DNA from: Hormiphora californensis
Taxonomy: Eukaryota; Animalia; Ctenophora
Reading direction: 5' to 3'
Length of the DNA: 64,000 nucleotides
NCBI GenBank assembly: GCA_020137815.1
Contig: CM035355.1
Span: forward strand, 5,952,001-6,016,000
This document shows positions 1 through 64,000 of this stretch, piece after piece. Both the position numbers and the translations under genes were made by a program. Under the pieces are notes generated by a model. It was not told the DNA's origin. It made no database searches and saw nothing but the letters and a program-made list of their open reading frames with translations. Numbering within the stretch: the first letter of the stretch is position 1; each line of letters starts with the position of its first letter.

Positions 1-354
1 GAGTGAGGCACATTGAAGGAGGGAGTCAGATGCACTACCTGACTTCTTCAATGAATGAGTGAAACGGGGTGAGTATCTGTTTACACTATCTAAGCATGTT
101 GTTGGGAGTAGAGACACCTGGGAGTAGAGACACCTGTGATTACAGAGAGTATGTTCTTACTTTGAAATATATAGGCCCATAAAATAATCACCAGCTGGCA
201 GCTGCATGATGACATGTCTAAAATCAGAGCTCACAAAATTACATAATCATTGTCCTTTCACCATTAGATATGTAATGGAGCATTCAGCTATGAATATTGT
301 CCAAGTCAAGCACCATCTTTTCAACAAAAAAGAAAGGACAAATAATCTGATTTT

Positions 355-1431
355 CTAAGAGTTGCTGGTGGAAGCAGATACACTACTAGTCCCTGTGATA
401 ACCCCGGCAGCTGCATTGGAAACCAGTGCCCGAACATAACACGCAAACCTCCTATTGGTAACGGTATACAGGATTGGATTCCCGACCACTGCGAACCACA
501 GGAATACCGCCGCTGTGAGGTTCAGCTCACCACCGATAGTAACTCTCCCTGGCAGAGCTACCCCGACCACATAGACACCAATATAGGGCGCCCAACTTAG
601 GGCAAAGAGACCACATATTGATGTTGTGGTGATCAGGGCCTTTGACCCTGATATTCCTCCACTGCGCTGCTGATTGGCTCCCCCACTCCGCTGCTGATTG
701 GTTCCCCTACTGCGCTGATGATTGGCTCCCCAACTGCGCTGCTGATTGGCTCCCCCACTGCGCTGATGATTGGCTCCCCCACTCCGCTGATGATTGGTTC
801 CCCCACTCCAATTGGGTGTTGTATGCCGGAGGGCAAGAATTAGGATGAATACGTTGAGTGTGGTGATAAGGCACAGTGGAATTACTACCACGATTGCTAT
901 AAGAATTCCAACCAAGAGTGCGTTGTCAGGGGTAACGATGAGAGAGCACCAACCAACAAGTGGGTAGAACCCAACCTCCATACCATGGCACAGGATAGAC
1001 ACCACAGGAAGAACAGGACTTGCCACCCATACACATATTACGACTACTTTCGCAGTCCAGGCTGATTGAACTCGAAGGGGTGATAGGAGGACTCTAAGAC
1101 GGTGGCATGCGATTGAGATCACAGTGAGAATATTAACTGTGGTTGTTATGTATCCTGACCACAGCTGAAAATCACAAAACACCGAACCAAATATCCACCG
1201 ACCAGCAGTGTAGGTGATGAAAGTGGGTAGAATTATCAGGGAAGTGTTTAGGAAGTCTGCAAAGGCAAGGTTTTGAAGGAATATCAGGGAGACATGGTCC
1301 AGTTTTATGGAGTCGTAGCGGAGAGAGGAGTATAGTACCAGGCCGTTTCCTAACAAGCCAGTGGTGAAACAGATTAGTCCAAATGGTATCAGGAAGATTC
1401 GCTGAGTTATGGAGAGGGAGACTTCATCCAT
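355..1431 (-). CDS. Single-exon rhodopsin-like (class A) orphan GPCR, 358 aa
   Basis: Seven hydrophobic segments. GN in TM1, NLAFAD in TM2, CHR at the DRY position, SWAPY in TM6, NPILY in TM7. Paralogous to the GPCR at 23879-24961. Confidence 0.92.
   Translation of the reverse strand: MDEVSLSITQRIFLIPFGLICFTTGLLGNGLVLYSSLRYDSIKLDHVSLIFLQNLAFADFLNTSLIILPTFITYTAGRWIFGSVFCDFQLWSGYITTTVNILTVISIACHRLRVLLSPLRVQSAWTAKVVVICVWVASPVLPVVSILCHGMEVGFYPLVGWCSLIVTPDNALLVGILIAIVVVIPLCLITTLNVFILILALRHTTPNWSGGTNHQRSGGANHQRSGGANQQRSWGANHQRSRGTNQQRSGGANQQRSGGISGSKALITTTSICGLFALSWAPYIGVYVVGVALPGRVTIGGELNLTAAVFLWFAVVGNPILYTVTNRRFACYVRALVSNAAAGVITGTSSVSASTSNS
655..815 (-). repeat. Coding 24-bp tandem repeat (~7 units) in the third intracellular loop of the GPCR
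   Basis: Unit encodes (Q/H)QRSGGAN variants between TM5 and TM6. Confidence 0.9.
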
Positions 1432-2086
1432 AACTACGAGAATTGAACTGGATTACGGTTGGAGTACTTGTTAAAATCGGCTGTTCGACATTGGTTACGT
1501 CATAGCCGTTGCGACGCTGTCTACGATATCAGGACAACTAAGACGTGTGGGAAAAACAATCAATGTCAGCGTCTTAGACGCCGTAGGCAACGCTTTATGC
1601 AGGCGGCCAATGTGACGAGGCACCACTGAGGAAAAGAAGTTAGAAAAGTAACAACTTCATGCCAGAATTTGCAGTTTAAATTATATTGCAGATGCGAAAA
1701 ACCTAAGGTTAGAAATTTCCTAATAGAAAATAGAAGAGTGGCCTGAGCAGAATCGACCATACAGCAAGAGAGAAAAGGGGAAGGATCATTATAGGCAGGA
1801 GCCAGGCAGGTGTTATTAGATATTATTAGAGAATAATATACTAATAATAGAGAGAGCTCCTTAGAGAATAATATACTGATAATAGAGAGAGAGCTCCTTG
1901 AGCCTACTCATTCTTCAGTTTGTATAATATTCTTCATAATAAAGGCTCTTTTCTCCTTCAATTATAATCCCAGATCTTTTTCCACTCTGAATCTCACGCC
2001 CTACAGCTATCTCCACCTCAGATATATGACTTTTTCCACTATCTCCCCCTCCCCCTCAGATACACGCTCAAATTTCCCATCCCCAG

Positions 2087-26754
<24,668 letters not shown>

Positions 26755-27573
26755 CACACACCCCTTCCCACCCTTCATATTGGTTCTCTATTAAATTTGA
26801 TGAGCTACGCAATATCTGCACTCAACCGTTGTATGTGTGACAATTGTGCAACGACTCAACGTGTATGTGATCAAGAACTGTCAAGAATTTTTTCAAGCGG
26901 GAGGTGTCTAGCTTTTTTTAAATTGATTGCCCAAAACACTCTGTAGTGGTGGTTATTCCTAATTAATCCAAATTAATCATACTATTAACTTATTCATCGC
27001 ATTATTTCTACACCAGAACCTATTTTCTACATCATAAATTATTACACAATTGAAAATTCTGTGTTTCAGTTCTTTAATTATCGGTTCCTGGTGTAACAAA
27101 ATGGGTTGAACATATGCTGAAACTCTGAGCTAAAGTTAAAGCCGGATAAGGAAGTCAGGAGTGCTGCGGTTGAACCTTACCCAGGAACGCGTCTTCATGC
27201 GCGGAGTGGTCAACATTTACTGTACGGCGCGCTACGTCTAGTATCAGTTGGTAACGTTGCAGATTGTGACACTGAGTGGGGCAGAGCGATGAGATCATCA
27301 CGTACGTCCCAGCTGCAGCTGTGCTAGTTATTGAGTAACTTGTCCGCTGGTATAACAGCTGTCATTGTTTCTTCAAGTGACAAATAATTCACAGCCTGGT
27401 TCATGAAAGTTGAAACACACTATCCATTTGACAAAAGGAACAAGTTTTGCCGTATGTGACCGACATGGCAAAATAAAACACATCAAATTAGGAACTTCAA
27501 AAAAAGGGGAAATCATAAAACAGTGATTGTAATAACTTCTAAAAACCCATATACCAAGAATTACACACAAGAC

Positions 27574-30500
27574 CTAACTACACGTATGTGATTTAGCATC
27601 TATAGTCCTCATAATTTGGTTGCAATTGCAACATGGAAATAGATCAGCAGGTCGACCCAAATCTCGGAAAAGTTCGTGTTGTTTTTGGATGTTTGGCAGG
27701 AGGATCACGAGCTCAGTCATTAGAGAGGAGTAGGACATGGGGGATATGTACTTTTTACTAATCTGTAGAAAGTGTTTACTATCGATCTGGTTCCGACTGA
27801 GAGAGAGAGAAGGGGGTTAGAGAGACAATACATGGTATCAATTTTAACATTGGAGAAATTAGAAATGTTATGAAAGTAACAATAAAACCGACACCGGGGT
27901 CTCAGAAATCACGATTGGTCACAGAGTGAACCTACAAAGTGGTACAACACAAAAAGTAAAACATATCTCACCTGAAAGCTAGGACAGCCTCGTGATACAT
28001 GACAAAGACACTAGCACCCAATTCCCTCTGCAGTGCCTCCTTCAGAGCATTGTTCCTGTTGTTCATATCGTGAACAGGTTGGAATCCTGGGGGTGGGGCT
28101 GCACGGAACCCAGGTGGAGGGGCCTCGTGACCTGGTGGAGCCCTGTTAGTCTCGTGCCCAGGTGGAGGTGGACCCCTGTTGGCCATACCAGGAGGATGCC
28201 CGTTTGGTGGTCTAGTCATGTTGAGTCCAGGAGGCTGGTGATGGAATCCGGGGGGTTGATGGAACCCGGGAGGTTGATGGAAACCAGGTGGCTGGGAGCA
28301 TTGTGGTTGAAGGAGAATGTCGCTAATACTGGGTGGGGGTCCCACTGGGTCGAGATTGGGAGGTGCTGCGAGGATGTCACTTATAGATGGAGGAGGGAGG
28401 TTGTGGGATGGCGGAGGAATGTTGTGCGATGGAGGAGGGGGACCAGAGGGAGGTGGTGGTGTTGGGGCAGAATTGATAATGTCAGTGAGGCTGGGAGGAG
28501 GTTCGGGACGTCTGGAAGAAGGTGGTGGGCCCGGTTGGGGGCGAGGAGGTCGGGGTTGTTGAGGTGGCGGTGGGCCTTGTCGGGCAGGGGGACCTGGTGG
28601 TGGGCCTTGTCGGGCAGGTGGGCCTGGTGATACCGGTCTCTCATTCCCCATCTCCTCTCCCAACTGGTTCAACTCTCCCATCAGGTCTGATGAGACTGGA
28701 ACTGGGTCAGGGTCTATTAGTTCTGGGGGGTGTCCCACATTAGACTCCACTACTGAATTACCAGGGGAAGTCATCCTGTTATTTTCCTTGATGTAATTGG
28801 TATGTCTCCCTCCCCCTCCTCTTCTTCCCAGAGGTTGTTGTTGTTTCCCCCGATCCCTCCTATAGGTCTGGCGAGGTGAGGAAGAGCTAGCAGCCGTACT
28901 CTCAGCCGCAGTCGGCCACTCCTCTTTCTTCCTCTCCTCTTTCTTTCTCAGTTTCTCAGCTGTTGGACCCGCTCGACCCCTCCTTCCTGTGTTGTTCCGT
29001 ACTGGACTGTGGCTCTCTCTGATTGAGGGGAAGTTTGGGTCCGGTGTGGGGGATGGAGCAGGGGCTTGTTTCTTGCCCCTTCCACTAGGTGCCGTCGTTG
29101 GTATTGATAAAGTGGCTGCAGGTCCCCCACCACTACCACTACTACCACTAGAACTACTAGCCCCTACAGCAGCTCCACCCCTACTTGAACTGCCACTACT
29201 GCCACCGGAATTACCAGCCCCTACAGCTGCCCCTCCCCTGTTATTAACAGCCGCCGCACCACCTCGTTTCCCCTTTCCACGACCCTGCTGCTTTGGTCTG
29301 GTGTCACTGGATAAACTCCACTGGCCGATGTCCGTTGTCCCATCTTCAGGCTGGTACCGTGAATTGGCCCTGAGGAGAATATTGTCAAGAAAGGGATGCA
29401 ATGACACATACAGTACGACTATAGATCACTTCCGCCCAAGTGATGACTGATGGGTGTTTGTTTAGAATAGAATGTATTTACACAGCTGTCAGTGCAAACA
29501 TGTACACATCACAAAGTGAGATATATCAAAGAATGAACCACGTGTACAAATCGTGCGTCCAGGTAGTGGTCTGATGAACCACGAACAGTTATAATCTGGG
29601 TGCCTCTAAGCCTGTTTACAAGTGCGTGCTACGAAAAGTGAGGCACCCAGATTTAAATGTTTGCCACAATATGTACCTGCCAGTAGTAAATCCTGATTGG
29701 ATTTGCCTCATTTGGCGCTGCTGTGATTTCCCCAACTCCTCCTTATGAACAGATGCCACATGTGCTTGGAGGTCAATATCCGTCTTGAACACGTTAGTTA
29801 GCTGCTCATTCACACAATTACCCTGGAATATAGTGGGTTAGTAGGGAGGGTGGGGGCGGGATGGGTTGAATTGTGGGTTAGTTACCCTGAGAAGGGGGGG
29901 GGTGAAAGATGAGGTGGTATATACAATCTCATTAGGTGGACACTGGACACTGGATAGTCAGTGTAATATACAGGGTGACAATACACACTAAGTGTATTGT
30001 TAGCGTGCATAGTTTACTCAAACTTCAACACCCTCTTTACTTTCTCACATTTTACATGTATCTTTTTCCAACCCTCTCTCTCCCTTTCTCTCACTCTCTC
30101 TCTCGCTAGATCTCTCTCTATCTCTAGATCTCTCTTTCTCCAACCCCCCTCTCTCTCCCTGTTTCTCCAACCCCCCTTTCTCATTTTCCTTACCCGTTCA
30201 CAGAGATAATGGGCGATTGAGAAGTGTGTCCGAAGGTCCGGATAGTTACAATAGTAAGCTTGGTTGGTACAGATGTGACACCAGAAGTGGGACTTCCGAA
30301 GGTGCATGTGTAGAGCCTCGTTGTCCAGGTAGCGGTCCTGGCAAAACTCACATAGCGGGTGTCCTGAGAATTAGGAAGAAAACAACGGTTTAGCAGTGAT
30401 AAAACACAGGGTGCCATTGTAAAGGAGGGTTAGAACATTTAGAATTAGCAAGAGAAACATGGTCATTGGTCAAGCAACTCAAGGCGGTCCGCGGTATTAA

Positions 30501-32176
30501 AATAAGTGATAAGAAAGTAAGGATGTGAATTCACGAGCTACCGATAGTTGGCATAAAATTTCAAAATAAAAGGCTGTCTTAAACACAATGATTTAATAAA
30601 CTTGTGACAGTCTAGTCATTCTGGATTGAATCTTAGTACAGCTAAATCGTTGTTTTGACAGTTAAATTGACACGTCATAATACCTTTCATAGACTTGTCA
30701 TTCTTATCTCCCTTCACTTTGTGTACCCTTAGTTCATCCTTTGAGTACACTGCCAAGTCTTTAGTAAACACTTTTAAATTCGCCTGACAGATCTAGAAAG
30801 AGAGAGAGAGATTAATTAACAGATCTAGAAAGAGAGAGGAATTTAATGAGATACCGCCCTCTCGTTATTTTCATAACCTACCAGCGGTTGTATCTAAGAT
30901 ACCACAGCTTTTAGGTCAGAAAAGCAACATTATCATACTGAGATAGGCATGCTTCTGAATTTAAAAGAGAGTCTGATCAAACCTTGCAGAAGCGTTTCCG
31001 GTGTTCCCTCTCTAGATGTCTCTCCAGATCCTTGAGTGAAGGTAACACGTCCCCACACTCTCTACACCGATACGCAGACAGGTCCCTGGTGGGGGAGATT
31101 TGATAAACACTGCTACTAGTTTTGTCTTGCATACATGTGATAGATACGTCTCATACAAACTATCATCATGGGGTCCCCTGCAGCAATTGCTGTGCGGGCT
31201 CCTGGATGGGTATGTGCTATTGGTCATCTATATTGTGATTCGTTTAGTCGCTGGGTAAACCAGGGGGCTCGTGAAACGAGGTTGGTTGAGTTGTGCAGCA
31301 AAAGAAAGCTCTTGCTGTGCAACTCTTTTTAGATCAGTGTTCAATAAACTTACTTGTAATGGCTGACGATCTTGGCGTCTTGGAACTTGTAGCCTGGTTT
31401 AGGTCCCGATACCTTGCACTTTTTCTCAAGTTTCTCAAAGTCTTCCTCCTCTAGAACGTGAACACAAAGAACCTGAAATAGACATGGTGATTATTACTGG
31501 AATAGACATGGTTATTATTACTGAAATAGACTTGTCTCATATATATAAGACCGTCCTCTCCGCACCGGGCCGAAGGCCCGGTGCGGCTACGTGAGGCCGC
31601 GTAGCGGCCTCGCGTAGCGAGGACGGTCTTACCCCAAAGGGTCTTCTTGTTTCTGAGTCGCGACGCGCAAACCAAGTGCTATCGCGCGCCAACTCTTCTC
31701 TTTCGTTAGCCTAAATGCGTCTCTCACTTTTCCCACGCACCGTGGGAAAGTCGCGCGAAGCTTTTTTTACAAGAACAAGTGTTGAAAATGTGTAAACCGC
31801 GCCGCGTGTTGATCTTTGCGCGTTCTAAAGCTGTGTTTGGGGTCTGACTGTGCATCGAGGTTGCGCGATGTACAGTCAGTGTCTGACAAAAATAGACATG
31901 GTGACTCCACAATAACAAATATGATAGGGAAATCGGAGGAAGTGAATATATTCAGGGTGGTTGAAACATAACAATTTGTGACATGTAACTTTCAAATAGA
32001 GGATTAGTGTGGCAACGTACTTTATCGAGCGTTTCACGGCACACAGCACAAATCCTCTGTTCGCATAGGTCCCGTTGGATGGTTGTACAAGAGATACAGG
32101 TTGTGTGGCCGCATTTCCCGATTGCCTTGTATCGTGAGGTTTCACAGCAGATCAGACAGAGAAACTCAGTAGACAT
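27574..32176 (-). CDS. ZNF598: E3 ubiquitin ligase ZNF598/Hel2 (ribosome quality control), ~8 exons
   Basis: RING CLICC...GKCGHTTCISC...CAVCR. C2H2 fingers (CRECG...HLEREH; GHPLCEFCQDRYLDNEALHMHLRKSHFWCHIC; YCNYPDLRTHFSIAHYLC; VFKTDIDLQAHVASVH). Long Pro-rich exon 29370-27972. Last exon ELVILLPNIQKQHEL...CCNCNQIM...HTCS*. Confidence 0.93.
31532..31889. mobile_element. Hairpin-rich non-autonomous DNA element with 8-bp TSD, in ZNF598 intron 1
   Basis: Ends ttgtc...gacaa, flanked by aaatagac on both sides. A 59-bp internal-deletion derivative lies at ~47612-47670. Confidence 0.7.
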
Positions 32177-32329
32177 AGCTAGTGTTGCAAGAACTGTGGA
32201 ATAGATATATGTGGTAAAACTGTCGGGTAATCATCTTAATCTTTTTAATTTTGCCGAAAGCGCCGAAAAAAGGGATCTGAACAGAAAAAAAAAATCTGTA
32301 CCCTCTGGTGATAGGAAATCTCAAGCCCT

Positions 32330-33152
32330 AAAGTCCGTTTCAAGCGACTTGACCCGTAATTCTTGGAATTTGGCGCATTTGCGCGTGTATTTACAAAGGG
32401 GAAATCCTGAATTGAAACGCACTTTAACCCCGGGGCCCGGTGGCCAGTCCCCAGCCCTAAAAAACCGCGAGTGCTGACGCCTGACACTCAAAACGCTTGT
32501 GCTTGATAAGTAGGGGGATAAGTAGGGGATCACATAGCTGATCACATATCTGGTTCCTGATGAGGTACAGAAATCCGAGGTTGGGACTTGGCCCTTGGGA
32601 GAGGGATCCCTAATAAAGTTGTGACTTGTCACCAAACATGTGGTTCCCGTGGCGGTGCGGCTTCAAAATGCGCGATTGTAACTTGTCACCGCATGGTTTA
32701 CGCCGCGCCGCAGCTACGCGCAGTGGGAACCACGTGCGTTTTGGTACGCGCACACGCGGTGACAAGTCACAACCGCGCCTCCGCAAGACTACAGTGACAA
32801 GTCACAACTTTATTAGGGATCCCTAGGGAGGGCCCTTGTAAAATTTCTGAACTCGTGTGTTTTTTATTTGGGTAATAAGGAACCATAATAAAGTTCAAGA
32901 GCGCACCCCATCCAAGAGCGTACCACCTCCAAAAGACACCACTCCAAGAGCGCACCACATCAAAGAGAGCTCCCCATCCAGAAGATACCGCGCGCAGGGG
33001 ACACCACGCGCAGAAGAGACCGCACGCGCAAATAATTTGCGTTTCAAACGACTTGACCTGAGATTCCTGGAAATTCAGGATTTCCCCTTTGTAAATACAC
33101 GCGCAATGCGCCAAATTCCAAGAATTACGGGTCAAGTCGCTTGAAACGGACT
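32330..33152. repeat. Inverted repeat pair (~75 bp) enclosing a nested MITE at ~32603-32824
   Basis: aagtccgtttcaagcgacttgacccgtaattcttggaatttggcgca... versus its reverse complement at ~33085-33152. Inner TIR agggatccctaataaagttgtgacttgtcac. Confidence 0.75.
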
Positions 33153-33923
33153 TTACAACGCCGCGCTGGTCTCTTCTGCGCGTGGTATCTTCTGGACGGG
33201 GAGCTCTCTTTGATGTGGTGCGCTCTTGAAGTGGTGTCTTCTGGAGGTGGTGCGCTCTTGGATGTGGTCTCTTTTGGGTGTGGTACGCTCTCAGGTGTGG
33301 TCTCTCTTCGATCGGGTGCGCTCTTGGGTGCTCTTGGAGGCTCTTGAACTTTATTATGGTTCCTTATTTGGGCGCGTGTTTTTTATTTGGGTAATTTCAA
33401 CAAGAATTATTGCATTATGTATTCATAATGCTGTGTTTCCCTGCCCTACCGTTTCACATGTCAGTGACATTGTCACTGCCAACAGGATCAAGGCTTGGTC
33501 ATAATGTAATGTGAGATGCATACGATCTAGCTGTCAGTATACTTCTCACATAGCTTAGAGTTAGCTAACTCCCAATCACATGACACTTGCTAACCAGCTT
33601 TTGACATTCCAACTTAACTACTTATCTAACATCTCACACTCGACTCGCAAGATGAAAATGTGTATGTAACACGCGAAACGTGCGGCAGAGCATTTCATGT
33701 TTTGTTGAGTGGCGCGCGCACACACGTCCATCAAACTGTGTCAATGAGGTGTTTGATGAAGGAGTAGCTCGTCACTGTGCGCGCGGCTCTAGTTGCTACA
33801 CCGTTGCCCTCGCAACGAAAGTGTGACCAAAAATGTCCCTCTACCGATTAGTTAGTATACCAAAATGTCGTTTTCGAATTCTAACCCTGCTATGCCTTTT
33901 TACAAAGTAAAAAGGTTGGCCTA

Positions 33924-34242
33924 TAGGGATCCCTAAAAAAGTTCAGTATTTACACAGAGTTTACACAGTCTTTACTCAGTCGTTACACCCAGAGCGGCGC
34001 GTGCTGCGCACAGTGGCTTTTTCCAAGAAAATATGAATATGAATATGAATATGAATATGGATTGTGTGCTGCACAATTGACAAAATTGAGCGCTGCGGCG
34101 AAAAAAGTTTCCGAAAACGCTGCAAATCGAGTGCGAAAGACCCAGTCGTTACACCCAGAGCGGCGCGGGCGCTCTGGGTGTAACGACTGAGTAAAGACTG
34201 TGTAAACTCTGTGTAAATACTGAACTTTTTTAGGGATCCCTA
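33924..34242. mobile_element. hAT-like MITE with ~70-bp TIRs (TAGGG termini)
   Basis: tagggatccctaaaaaagttcagtatttacacagagtttacacagtctttactcagtcgttacacccagagcg and its perfect reverse complement. TSD not evident. Confidence 0.8.
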
Positions 34243-35095
34243 TGCTACAGGCCCTAAAGCCTAGAAGCCGTGGAAAACGCGCGCACTTGGGGTCTGCAGC
34301 GCATGCCAAGTAAAAAGGCATCCGGGTGAATGCGTTCGGTATTCACCCGGGCAGGGAAAAAATACGACCGCGCGCGACATTGCATTGCTTTTTTGCGTCG
34401 CAGTTGATGTAACGCGCGAATTAAGTCCGAACACAACGCTGCCAAAATATTTCTTAAGCCGCGCGCTGCATAATTTCTCGATCGTGTCGAAAGATTTTTC
34501 ATCACTCAGATTTTCATTTTTGACCAAAATCACCATTTTCTCTCTTTTCTCGCAACGGAATATGTGTTCTGGACACATTGAACACAGCCTAGCTTTGCCA
34601 CTGAGCCTTTATCTTACCAGGAACCAAGGATATGACCAATTTTGTAATTTAGACTTAAAAAACATTAAATGGTGTCTTCATTTTAGTTTACTATTAACCG
34701 TTAATATCGAGGCTGTTAGCTTTATTAATTGTTCTCATTCCCTCATTGCATCCGCCATCTCATGCTTTTTAATCTTTTTACCACAGTTTTTATTTAATTT
34801 ATTACACTTAATTCTCACTTAATTATTTAATCATCTACTTACTATCTTATCCTTATTATCCAATTACTCAACTTAATCTAATTAATAACTTTTATACTTT
34901 TATACTTTAATTATCAACTATTTTATAACTGCTATCTTTATCTAAATAGCCTTAATTTCTATCAGGAGGTCTGAATTTATTGAATATCCGATTTTGCCCG
35001 CAAGAAGGGGCGTGTATGTTGATTGTGATTCAATGTATACAAATTAGATTGAATAAATAAATAAATCATTTTAGGGGTTTCGACTTAGTTATGAA

Positions 35096-64000
<28,905 letters not shown>

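Noticed and set aside
27968-29407. 479-aa Pro-rich ORF as a separate gene
   Set aside because: It is an internal ZNF598 exon (acceptor at 29370, donor at 27972), in phase with the flanking exons.

Overview
Intron-rich eukaryotic (animal) genomic DNA. The gene families, the nested-gene layout and a repeated extracellular domain suggest a ctenophore, but this is my inference and is not confirmed. Three multi-exon host genes dominate: the 3' half of ATR (+, ~2087-26754; FAT, PI3K-like kinase and FATC domains), ZNF598 (-, 27574-32176) and ARFGEF3/BIG3 (+, 35096 to beyond the window end). Eight complete genes lie inside their introns. In ATR: an LDLa-repeat GPCR, a two-domain secreted protein, a MATH-like/BTB protein, a type I membrane protein and a rhodopsin-like GPCR. 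In ARFGEF3: a putative nuclear protein, a 10-Cys secreted peptide missed by the ORF track, and an equilibrative nucleoside transporter. A further GPCR at 355-1431 is probably also intronic. Introns carry many MITEs with recognisable TIRs and TSDs, a 3.7-kb foldback element and microsatellites. The most striking recurring pattern is tandem or local duplication of the exon/intron junctions themselves, giving arrays of 2 to ~23 copies of exon end plus splice donor. Several frameshifts and a duplicated 3' segment are probably assembly errors. Exon coordinates were read by eye and may be off by a few bases.
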